Assembly (NCBI GenBank): GCA_964534625.1
Contig: CAZHRF010000008.1
Coordinates: 13,016 to 77,015, forward strand
DNA from: an uncultured archaeon
GTDB taxonomy: Archaea > Asgardarchaeota > Heimdallarchaeia > Heimdallarchaeales > Heimdallarchaeaceae
DNA length: 64,000 nt
Direction of reading: 5' to 3'
Shown here: piece by piece, positions 39,630-48,558 of the stretch
How positions within the stretch are numbered: position 1 is the first letter of the stretch
Layout: every line of letters starts with the position of its first letter
Translations under genes and position numbers: made by a program
Notes under the pieces: generated by a model
Database searches by the model: none
The model's input: the letters and a program-made list of their open reading frames with translations, nothing else
What the model was told of the DNA's origin: nothing

Positions 39630-40274
39630 TTAAATTTTCTCTTTCCATTCTCTAACTGAATCTAGTAGGTCGCCTTTTAGTTCTACATCTTTTTCAGATA
39701 TCGAATCTAGTTTTTGGCAATATTTTTCAACTTCATAGATTAAACTACCAGTGAGCCCTATCTCTACTAGACTATCTCTGAGTAGACAAAGAGAGCTATA
39801 TATTTCTTCTGCATTGTTTGGATTAATATCAGAATAATTGTTAAGAATAGTTATTAAATCATCAAATTCTTCATGTATGTTAAGAGCAATTTTGAAATCA
39901 GAATGAATACCTTCTTTAATCAATTCACCAATTAATTCTCCAGCTTCTTCCCATGAATGAACTTTTCCTTCATGATAATATATGTTCGCTAATTTCGCTG
40001 CTAATTGTTTTAGACACAATTCAATAAGATCATTGTTCATCTCAGGAATAAGGTGTAATAATCCCATACGTATTAAGATCATATTCGTATTTGTTTTTGC
40101 ATAAGTATATTCCGATTCATCTAATTTATTGATATGTCTCAATCGGTCTAATAAGTCATAAAAACTGTTTTGATCAAACTTGAGAATATCATCGTAAGTT
40201 AAATAAGGTTTGATTTTTTTAACTATCATTTTCCACTTTGGAATATGTCTATTATTTACTTCGGAATTGTTCAT
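39630..40274 (-). CDS. Hypothetical helical protein
   Basis: 214-aa ORF with protein-like composition, co-oriented with the downstream gene. Confidence 0.7.
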   Translation of the reverse strand: MNNSEVNNRHIPKWKMIVKKIKPYLTYDDILKFDQNSFYDLLDRLRHINKLDESEYTYAKTNTNMILIRMGLLHLIPEMNNDLIELCLKQLAAKLANIYYHEGKVHSWEEAGELIGELIKEGIHSDFKIALNIHEEFDDLITILNNYSDINPNNAEEIYSSLCLLRDSLVEIGLTGSLIYEVEKYCQKLDSISEKDVELKGDLLDSVREWKEKI

Positions 40275-40336
40275 GTAAAAACTATTGAAAGAACCCCTAT
40301 TAAAAGATACTTGTGATATTAGTTTCGTGTTTCGTT

Positions 40337-41095
40337 CTATTTTTTGTCCTGTTTCTTTTTTACTAATAAGCGAGTTGTTGAACCTACTAGAACTGAAAAA
40401 ATGATTAGAAAAAAATAAGCATTAGTAAGCCCAGGACTTAATTGGTCATTCATAGCTAATGGATAAATATCTTCGGGGTTTGTCCAGCCATCTATAGAAT
40501 AAGGTCCGTTACCATCCCAGTCTGACCAGTAATTTCCTTGTTGAAGGGTCTCATTATACCACCTATTATATTCTCCATAATCAAATCCTTGAGAAGAACT
40601 ACCCCCATTGGCAATAAAACGATTGAGATAAATAGTATTGTTAGTACTAGAAACAGACCAAATATAGACCCCGTAATCCTTATTATTTTTAATTGTATTT
40701 TGGGTCACAATAGATCGAGTGGAACCTGACCATAGCCCAACACCACCCCAAACATTATTTGTTACATTATTGAAAGTCACAATTGTCATTGAACTAGATC
40801 CTATTCCAACCCCAAGTTCATTGTTTGTGACATTATTATCCGTAATTAAAGTATTTGAACTAGACCAAATGTAGATCCCTCTATACGTTTCATTAATTGT
40901 ATTGTTCAACAAATTAATGGTAGAACTAAACCTAACAGATATACCCCAATTTGTATTGTTTTTTACTATATTTTCTTCAATACTGGATTGAGTACTATAT
41001 GAGATTCTAATTGCCCCATCGTTTTCTGAAAACGAATTGTGGGTTATACTTACATTAGTACTATGCCAAGTTGAAATTCCCCATCTATAATTATC
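40337..41095 (-). pseudogene. 5'-truncated NosD/parallel beta-helix surface protein with C-terminal TM anchor
   Basis: N-N-x-I/GI-x-I beta-helix repeats, GNYWSD and DIYPL. The repeats continue 61 codons upstream of TTG 40912 to a TGA at 41096-41098, with no ATG/GTG/TTG start or signal peptide. Confidence 0.7.
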
Positions 41096-41337
41096 TCATA
41101 ATTATTTAACCAATTCTTGTAATGGTTAATTGATTGGTTATAGAACCATTTTTTTCTATATTTTTATATCTTTATGCCTCCATTAAGTTCTTTATGTCAC
41201 ATTTTTTTTCGTCTACATGTCCATACATGTCCTTAGGTCTCTTGCAACTCGCTTTTGTTTATTTTCAAGTATTTGCAAATATTTATAAGGGATAGAGTTA
41301 CTACTATGGTAGTAATAATTAATTTGGTGAAATCAAG

Positions 41338-42747
41338 ATGTCAAGAAAATATTGGAATGGCTTTTCCATTGTTAGTTTGGTGTTCTTCATTATCACACTT
41401 CTGCCATTAGGTATTGTGGGTGGTATAGGTGCAGGTACTGCAGAATATGACATTACACAAGTAAGTTTGGATATAAACGGAACAAGAGTCATTTACATTA
41501 GCGAAGGAGAAACACATTTCATAAATTATGAAGTGTATAGTAATCAAAAAATAGACGTTTACTTGCTGTCTAAAGATCAATTTGCAGCTTGGAATGAAAC
41601 AGGAATCCCCACAGCTTATATTAAAAACTATTATGCTGAAGAACAGTTTTTCTTTTTCAATGGAAACAAAGGCTATGGGATAATAGATCATCCGCACATG
41701 GAGGATGAAGGTGATGAAAATGCCACTTATACCACTACTCATGATCAAGGTGGTCCACAATATGTTTTGGCTAATTATCTGGTTCTAATCAATACTAGTG
41801 ATAATTCCGTTCAAATGGATTTTGTACATATTGGGATAAATACAGGTTTACTTATTGCCTCTGTTGTTTTAGGGATCATCAATGCTACCTTTTTAACCTT
41901 CTTGATCCTTCATACGCTCTTCTTTATTTTAGCGTCTATATTCGGTTCTGGTTCTAAAAAAGAGGATCAATCTGAATATCAAAAATCAAAGGTGTATATG
42001 TCGTATAATCAATCTCAAGGGTCTGAAAGAGAAAAAACATATGAAGCAGCTCCAAAACATGAACAAAAGAAAAAGTTTGACACGCCTGAAGATGTGTCCG
42101 TAGTTGTTCAGCAAAAGAAAGGTCAAATTGTTTATGAAAGTTCAGGAAATGTTGTAAAAGCAAAAGAACCTAAAGATTATGGTGAAATACATCAGCTTAA
42201 AGGGAGAATTGAAAAACTTTGGGACTATGCTGGTGTAGCAGAAAAAATATTGATCGGTATTGCCGTTTTCTGGGTTTTAATAGGCGTAACTACGTTTAAC
42301 TGGTGGATGTTATTGGCTTTTGCAGCCCCATTGGTACTTATAGCATATATAGTTGGAGCAGTAAGAGAACACAACCGCAATAGAATTATCTCACTTATTG
42401 AAGGACATGGGGCTATTGATGTACTAACGCTTGAAAAATATATTGAAGCATCCGCAAATAATATTAGAAATCACATTTGGGATATAATTAGGCTAGGATT
42501 AGCAAATGTTGCCTATGATGTTTCTAATGATGTTGTTTTTATTCCCGGACAAGTATCAGTCAAAACTAGAGAAAAAAAAGAAAACTATGAAAAAGGACCA
42601 CAACATGTGATAGAAGATCAACAACAGCAAAAAACAGAAAAAACAGTAGATGAAAAGATAATTTATTGTCCTTTCTGTGATGCAGAGAACCCAGCAGATA
42701 GCAAATTCTGTATAAAATGTGGAGCCAGCTTACATCCAGCAAAATAA
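41338..42747 (+). CDS. Membrane protein with extracytoplasmic domain, wH/PCI-like domain and C-terminal zinc ribbon
   Basis: Four hydrophobic segments; RIISLIEGHGAIDV...WDIIRLGL..AYDVSNDVV; CPFC-x10-CIKCG. Confidence 0.8.
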   Translation: MSRKYWNGFSIVSLVFFIITLLPLGIVGGIGAGTAEYDITQVSLDINGTRVIYISEGETHFINYEVYSNQKIDVYLLSKDQFAAWNETGIPTAYIKNYYAEEQFFFFNGNKGYGIIDHPHMEDEGDENATYTTTHDQGGPQYVLANYLVLINTSDNSVQMDFVHIGINTGLLIASVVLGIINATFLTFLILHTLFFILASIFGSGSKKEDQSEYQKSKVYMSYNQSQGSEREKTYEAAPKHEQKKKFDTPEDVSVVVQQKKGQIVYESSGNVVKAKEPKDYGEIHQLKGRIEKLWDYAGVAEKILIGIAVFWVLIGVTTFNWWMLLAFAAPLVLIAYIVGAVREHNRNRIISLIEGHGAIDVLTLEKYIEASANNIRNHIWDIIRLGLANVAYDVSNDVVFIPGQVSVKTREKKENYEKGPQHVIEDQQQQKTEKTVDEKIIYCPFCDAENPADSKFCIKCGASLHPAK

Positions 42748-42800
42748 TATTCTTCCTTTTTCTATTTTTTTCTTTCCTTTTGAGTTTTTGTTTTCTTTGT

Positions 42801-42850
42801 CATTCATCCCACCCCTCAAGGAGTGGGTCTTCTGGCTAAGCATAGATAAA
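42801..42850. mobile_element. IS200/IS605-type end hairpin remnant
   Basis: ATTCATCCCACCCCTCAAGGAGTGGGTCTTCTGGCTAAG...GATAAA; GC-rich hairpin related to those at 43815 and 53057. Confidence 0.6.
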
Positions 42851-42909
42851 AATCGAATAGAAAAAATTGAAATAAATTAAAAATAAGTTTACAAGAGAGA
42901 TCTTTTGTT

Positions 42910-43620
42910 TTATTGTTCTTTTTTGGTTGATTCTGTCTTACGATCTTTTGGTTCTTTTTCTTGTTTTTTTAGCTCTTTTTCTTGTTCTTCTGGTTGTTTT
43001 TCTTGTTCTTTTGGTTTCTTATCCTTCTTCTTCTTTTTCTTGTCCTTGTGATCAGTTTTTTCCTTTCCAACAATTCCATCAAGAATTAGACCTGAACTAG
43101 TAATTAAGAATAGAAAAGCCATATAGTAAATAACAGATTCACCTACGTTTTGAGTTTGAGTAATCAAAACAACTAGAGCTAAAGTAACACAAACAGAGCC
43201 ATTCATTATATAGATATTTGTTAACCACCGAGGGAACTCTGTATTTGTCCACCCAGCATATACTCGAAATCCTCCAACTACAATCATAACCAGCATTATG
43301 ATGATAGTAATCATAAGGTTGGCAATTCCTGCAAATATCATAGGGAGAATACCTAATACAACCAAAACAATTCCTGCACCAATAACTAACATGCGCTTTC
43401 TTGGCTTTTCTTTATAATCTTTATTCAGAAAGCCTAAGATGGCAAAGACAATGCCAATAATTATGAGTGATACGGATAACACCCACCTCATAATATCAAG
43501 TGTTTCTTGAGCATAAATTGTACCGATGACTGCAAGTACAATTAAGACAATACCACTAGCTATTTGTGCAACTCTAATCCATAAAGCTATTTTATTTGTA
43601 GTTTCTTTATTTTCTGACAT
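42910..43620 (-). CDS. HdeD/DUF308-like 6-TM membrane protein with K/E/Q-rich tail
   Basis: Three helical-hairpin repeats; tail with about 7-aa repeats (PKEQEKQ PEEQEKE LKKQEKE). Confidence 0.75.
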   Translation of the reverse strand: MSENKETTNKIALWIRVAQIASGIVLIVLAVIGTIYAQETLDIMRWVLSVSLIIIGIVFAILGFLNKDYKEKPRKRMLVIGAGIVLVVLGILPMIFAGIANLMITIIIMLVMIVVGGFRVYAGWTNTEFPRWLTNIYIMNGSVCVTLALVVLITQTQNVGESVIYYMAFLFLITSSGLILDGIVGKEKTDHKDKKKKKKDKKPKEQEKQPEEQEKELKKQEKEPKDRKTESTKKEQ

Positions 43621-43663
43621 AAAAGTTAATGGATTTCTATATTAATAAACCTTATGTAGAATC

Positions 43664-43772
43664 TAGTACTTCCGAAATAGTGTTCTGCTGCTATAATTTC
43701 GGTAATCAACTCTGCAAAGATGAGTTCTAAATGAATATAGTCTTTAATATTTACGTTAATTCGGAAGTACTA
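43664..43772 (+). mobile_element. MITE copy 4 (109 bp), perfect 13-bp TIRs and 5-bp TSD GAATC
   Basis: TAGTACTTCCGAA ... TTCGGAAGTACTA; GAATC at 43659-43663 and 43773-43777. Confidence 0.88.
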
Positions 43773-43814
43773 GAATCAAGAGTTAAAAATGATTAAATGT
43801 ACTGAATAAAAAAC

Positions 43815-43863
43815 ATGAATTACTCCACCCCAAGTGATAGGCATTCTGGCTAGGCAAGGTAAA
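43815..43863. mobile_element. Degenerate IS200/IS605-type end remnant
   Basis: ATGAATTACTCCACCCCAAG...TTCTGGCTAGGCAAGGTAAA; shares parts with 42801 and 53057. Confidence 0.45.
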
Positions 43864-43981
43864 ATTTTCTTTAATCGCATTTTCTAGATCCATAAATTAA
43901 TGGAGAAAAAACCACCATATTTTAAAAATAACAACCTTAAAAAATAAAAAATACAAGAATGAGGAATTAGATTAAATTAGA

Positions 43982-44257
43982 TTAGATACTGATAATAATG
44001 TTTTTCACATTAGTTTTGCATATTTTCCTTACGCCATGATTACCAGGCTCATATCTTCCTTTAACGATCCCTACTTTTTCAAGATATTTAATTTGAGCAG
44101 ATGTGTTAGCTTCAGTTTGCCCGATTTCATCTGCGATTTCGCTAATTGAGAGCTCTTTGTCTGTTAACAATTTGACAATCTTATATCTTGTATCAGAACT
44201 TAGCGCTTTAGCTAATTTCTTGATTTTTTCCGGTTCACTTATTTTTATATCTTCCAT
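43982..44257 (-). CDS. ArsR/SmtB family wHTH transcriptional regulator
   Basis: AKALSSDTRYKIVKLL..ELSISEIADEIGQTEANTSAQIKYLEKVGIV. Confidence 0.9.
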   Translation of the reverse strand: MEDIKISEPEKIKKLAKALSSDTRYKIVKLLTDKELSISEIADEIGQTEANTSAQIKYLEKVGIVKGRYEPGNHGVRKICKTNVKNIIISI

Positions 44258-44278
44258 TTTGAATCTCTCACCAAATTC

Positions 44279-44293
44279 GGTAAATATTTTACC
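44279..44293. promoter_or_regulatory. Palindrome GGTAAA-TAT-TTTACC, candidate ArsR autoregulatory operator
   Basis: Perfect 6-bp arms about 22 bp upstream of the ArsR ATG. Confidence 0.4.
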
Positions 44294-44759
44294 TAAATAA
44301 CAAATAATAATAGTATTATTTATACTTTATTATTTGACTAAATAAAATAACAGACAATACGATACTACTTTCAAACATGCTGTTTAACTTACAACTCTTT
44401 TCTCCAAAAAGGATTTCTAGGTGCATTCTATATGCCTTTTAGTTATAGTTTCTAATCTATTTCTCTAGTATATAGTTAAAACTCGTTAACGCAATCTGTA
44501 TATATTACTCATATCCATTTAAATAAAAATAAGAACCCCCAGTTATGTTAATTTTGTAACTTTTTTATTTTCATGTGATCAAAAAATCTAACTCGGGGAT
44601 AGGTGACCGTGTCACCAGCGAGGTTTTACATCTTTTTTAATGTAAATTTGTTAAACTTGACATATAACGAATTAGAGGATAATATAGTCTTATTATATGA
44701 ATCCGCGTTTTTCATTGTTTCACCTTAGAACTTTTATAGTTTTTTTTTCTCAGTATCTT

Positions 44760-46100
44760 ATGAAAAAAGACAATATTATTTTATCCATGCTTTTTATTAT
44801 AGCATTATTATCAGTTAATGTTGTTAGCTCACATACTCATGTTGATTTTTACGATGATAGACAAATAATAACCGAACAAAAGTCTACTTCAAAAAATGTT
44901 ATACTCATGATCGCTGATGGACTGGGTTATGAACATGTAAAACTTGCTAGACTGGTTGAATACGGATATACGGCAAATTTGACTATGGAAGCCCTTCCTT
45001 ATTATTGTAATGTTTATACAGAAAATTATTACGGAGAGATAACTGACTCTGCTGCAGCTGCTACTGCTTTAGCTACTGGTGTAAAAACAAGCGACAGATA
45101 TTTGGGGTTAGATAAAGATAAGAATGTTGTAAAGAATATTGTAGAGATAGCACATGAACTCAATAAGTCTACAGGTGTCATAGCAACAGCCACAATATAC
45201 CATGCCACACCAGCTGGGTTTATAGCTCATACTGATAGTAGATATAATACAGAAGAAATAATAAAACAGATAGCTGAATCATCAGTGAATGTTCTTTTAG
45301 GAGGAGGTAAAACAGACATTATCATAAACAATTATTATGAACAATTTGAAAATAATTACACAATTGTTGAAAATAGAACAGATCTTCTTTCAACTACCGA
45401 AGAGAATAATTTATTAGGTCTTTTTGCTGGATTTAGTTTACCTCAAGAAAAAGATCGTAATTTTACAACTATACCAAGTTTAGCTGAGATTACAGAAAAA
45501 GCACTTGATATTCTTTCCTTGAATGAGAATGGTTTTTTCTTGATGGTTGAGGGAAGTCAAATAGATTGGGGCGGGCACGATAATGATCCTGTATACGTTG
45601 CTCTGGAAACTATAGCTTTTGATTATGCAGTAAAAAAAGCATTAGAATATGTGCAAAATAACGATGATACAATACTTATTGTGACTTCTGATCATGAAAC
45701 CGGTGGTCTTCAAGTAAAAAGTAACACTTTAAATGACACCTTACCTGATTCCTTATCGACAGAAGAAGAAAAAAGAGAATTAAGGCTAGCTAGAGCAAAC
45801 CAGATATCTGTATCGTGGAGTACTGGCGATCATAGTGATATACCTGTTCCATTATATGCGTATGGAGAACCATTTGATTCCTTAAATGAGGGAATCTATA
45901 TTGAAAATACTGACGTTTTTCATATGATGAATCAGAGTATACAAGGAGAACCTATAGCTGTAACGGAGAAAGAACCACCAGAAATAACTGAACCAACTAC
46001 AACACCTGAAAAAACACATTGGTTTATAGTTTTTTCTTTAATACCGATTTCAGTAGTTGCCATTGGTAAAAAACATAAACACAAAAAACAGAACCAATAG
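44760..46100 (+). CDS. Alkaline phosphatase (PhoA family), secreted with C-terminal TM anchor
   Basis: MIADGLG, TDSAAAATALATG, HATPAGF, VEGSQIDWGGH, VTSDHETGG, DHS. Signal peptide starts at ATG 44760; P/T linker and TM tail. Confidence 0.95.
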   Translation: MKKDNIILSMLFIIALLSVNVVSSHTHVDFYDDRQIITEQKSTSKNVILMIADGLGYEHVKLARLVEYGYTANLTMEALPYYCNVYTENYYGEITDSAAAATALATGVKTSDRYLGLDKDKNVVKNIVEIAHELNKSTGVIATATIYHATPAGFIAHTDSRYNTEEIIKQIAESSVNVLLGGGKTDIIINNYYEQFENNYTIVENRTDLLSTTEENNLLGLFAGFSLPQEKDRNFTTIPSLAEITEKALDILSLNENGFFLMVEGSQIDWGGHDNDPVYVALETIAFDYAVKKALEYVQNNDDTILIVTSDHETGGLQVKSNTLNDTLPDSLSTEEEKRELRLARANQISVSWSTGDHSDIPVPLYAYGEPFDSLNEGIYIENTDVFHMMNQSIQGEPIAVTEKEPPEITEPTTTPEKTHWFIVFSLIPISVVAIGKKHKHKKQNQ

Positions 46101-46281
46101 AGGAATACCAATTATACTATTATGTTCTTCTTTTTTATTTCAGTTTTTAGTCAGTGTTATTGACAAATGTTGTAAGAGGGATAAATAGTTAATTTCTCTC
46201 CAAACCTTTATAAAATTAATACGAACTATTATTTATATTTAGAGTGAAACAATCCTAATTCAAAAATAAAGAGGTACTAAA

Positions 46282-47139
46282 ATGGGATTAAAAGATTTAA
46301 TATCAAGAGGTTTCGAGAAACTTAATCAAAATATAGCTGAAAATAACCTTCAAGAGGAATTAAGACGTCGTCCTAAAAATGCTGATGCATGGTACAATTT
46401 TGGACTACTAAGAGCTCATCAAAACCGTCTTGATGAAGCTGAAACTGCATTTAAAACTTCGCTTAAATATCGCCCTAAACATTCTGGAGTGTACTATAAT
46501 TTGGGTGTCCTCTATGAGAGCAAGAATCAGATAAATAAAGCCGAAGAAGCATACAAGAGTGCAGTAAACGTCAATATGAAAAATGTTGAGGCATGGAATA
46601 ACTTGGGATTTTTACTTGCCAAAAAAGGAGATAGTATAGGAGCTGAAGATGCTTTATCCTCTGTTCTAAAGCACAAACCTAAAACAGCAAAAGCATGGTA
46701 CGGATTAGGTGTAATAAAATATCAGCAAAAAAAGATCAAAGACGCAAAAAAAGCGTTAAGAACAGCAGTCAAGTACAATTCTAAATTTGTACAAGCTTGG
46801 TTTTATTTGGGAATATTATTAGGCGAAAAAGGCGATTTAAAAGGAGCTGAAGAATCATTGAATGTGGCTTTAAAATATCTACCAGATTCAGCTGAGCTGT
46901 GGTACAATTTAGGTGTTATAGAAAATGCACAAAAGAAGTTTTCAGATGCTGAAACATCAAATAGAAATGCTATTCAATATAACCCTGATTATCTCGAAGC
47001 ATGGACAAATCTTGGTGTTACGCTCGAGAACCAAGGTAAACTTGAACAAGCTAAAGAAGCATATGAAACTGCACTAAAATTAGCCCCGGCAAATTGGCCC
47101 TATAAACAGGTATTAGAAGCCAAATTAGGAAAAAGATAA
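46282..47139 (+). CDS. Tetratricopeptide repeat protein (about 7 TPRs)
   Basis: AWYNxG...A...F/Y..AL...P 34-aa repeats. Confidence 0.93.
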   Translation: MGLKDLISRGFEKLNQNIAENNLQEELRRRPKNADAWYNFGLLRAHQNRLDEAETAFKTSLKYRPKHSGVYYNLGVLYESKNQINKAEEAYKSAVNVNMKNVEAWNNLGFLLAKKGDSIGAEDALSSVLKHKPKTAKAWYGLGVIKYQQKKIKDAKKALRTAVKYNSKFVQAWFYLGILLGEKGDLKGAEESLNVALKYLPDSAELWYNLGVIENAQKKFSDAETSNRNAIQYNPDYLEAWTNLGVTLENQGKLEQAKEAYETALKLAPANWPYKQVLEAKLGKR

Positions 47140-47208
47140 ATAATAGGAAAAAACACTTTTTTTTTGATTTCTTTTTTCATGTTATACTTGATTTATGTTT
47201 AACCAATT

Positions 47209-47361
47209 TTATTGTCTGTTTTTTCCATGTGCTTTATCCCAACAAGTTTTACAAACAGTTTGCTTGATCATACTACAACATGTACGTATTTGCATTGTTT
47301 TTGTTTCATTGTATGGTACCTCTTCACCACAAGCATCACATGTAACCATTTTTGCAGTCAT
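47209..47361 (-). CDS. Small zinc-finger protein, 50 aa (not in the ORF track)
   Basis: MTAKMVTCDACGEEVPYNETKTMQIRTCCSMIKQTVCKTCWDKAHGKNRQ; AGGAGGT SD upstream. Confidence 0.8.
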   Translation of the reverse strand: MTAKMVTCDACGEEVPYNETKTMQIRTCCSMIKQTVCKTCWDKAHGKNRQ

Positions 47362-47523
47362 ATCTATCTATACCTCCTCTTTTCTTTAACTGTCAAGATG
47401 GGTGCTCATATCGACATATTTAACTTTGTCGGTATAACGAGAATTATTTGATTTAAAAAAGAAACTGATGATAAAAGATATACAGAGAATTGGCATAAAG
47501 CAAAGAAAAGTAGAAAAAAGTAG

Positions 47524-48552
47524 CTATCTAATCTTTTTGACTAGATTTGTGCCACATCGAGGACAATGAAATGTTCCTTTTGGGATTTGATAGCCACAGG
47601 ATGGACAGAATTTGGGGTATTTCTTTTTTTCCTCTTCCTTATGTAAAGGCTGGAGAATTATCTGATTTTCTTCTACTTTCCACGAGAATAATTTATGTCC
47701 TTCAAATTGCATAGTCAACTTTTCAGGTAACGGTAACCTATTTTGTTGATCTAACACAAGTATTCTTGATGAATCAAGATCCATAAAATCAAGATCTAGT
47801 CCATGTTGACCTAGTATCAATCCATCTTGTATTTCTAGTGTTCTATCTGAAAATTCTCCTACAATTGGATCATGTGAGCAAAGTAAATAACTTGTTCCTG
47901 TTTCATCCTTTAATTCTTTAAATAGTTCAAGAATAGTTTGTGATGTTTCAGCATCCACAGCTCCTGTTGGTTCATCAGCAAGTATGATAGCAGGTTCATT
48001 TGCTAACGCCCTACAAATTGCTACTCGCTGTCTTTCCCCTCCTGAGAGTCTAGTGGGCTGATGATCTTTTCGATGCCAGATACCTAATCTTTCCATTAAG
48101 TCTTGTGATCGTTTTCGCCTTTCCGCCAAAGGTTTATTTATAAGTTTCATTGGCATTTCAATGTTTTCTCTTGCAGTAAGATAGTTGATAAGGTTCCCTT
48201 CTTGAAATACATAACCAACATTATATCTTCTGAAAGAAAATAACATTTCTTCAGGTAGTTTGGTAATATCGGTTCCATCGCTAAAAATAATTTCTCCTGC
48301 TGTAGGTTTTAGCATTCCGCCTAAAGATAATAATAAAGTGGATTTACCAGCTCCACTCGGTCCAATTATCCCCAAAATTTCTGCTTTGTTTAGTTCTAAA
48401 CTAACGCCTTTTAATGCGACAACCTTTGTTGCTCCTTGTATCCCATACACATGGTATATATCGTTAATTTTCATGGTCATATTACCAGGTAAAGGAGGTC
48501 TTTGCATGTTCATATTCGTCATGTAATGGGTATTATTTGTCATTTTTTTCAT
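47524..48552 (-). CDS. LolD/MacB-type ABC ATPase with C-terminal AbrB-like domain and zinc ribbon
   Basis: GPSGAGKST, LSGGERQR, ADEPTG; tail 'VLDQQNRLPLPE...VEENQIILQP' and CPSC-x10-CPRCG. Confidence 0.9.
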   Translation of the reverse strand: MKKMTNNTHYMTNMNMQRPPLPGNMTMKINDIYHVYGIQGATKVVALKGVSLELNKAEILGIIGPSGAGKSTLLLSLGGMLKPTAGEIIFSDGTDITKLPEEMLFSFRRYNVGYVFQEGNLINYLTARENIEMPMKLINKPLAERRKRSQDLMERLGIWHRKDHQPTRLSGGERQRVAICRALANEPAIILADEPTGAVDAETSQTILELFKELKDETGTSYLLCSHDPIVGEFSDRTLEIQDGLILGQHGLDLDFMDLDSSRILVLDQQNRLPLPEKLTMQFEGHKLFSWKVEENQIILQPLHKEEEKKKYPKFCPSCGYQIPKGTFHCPRCGTNLVKKIR

Positions 48553-48558
48553 CTCCTT

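Noticed and set aside
2072-43772. MITE copies as CRISPR repeats or integron attC sites
   Set aside because: Dispersed and not arrayed, no cas or integrase gene in the window, and they have TIRs plus target duplications.
47195-47451. Plus-strand ORFs of 64 aa and 79 aa
   Set aside because: Shadow ORFs opposite the SD-led zinc-finger gene on the minus strand.
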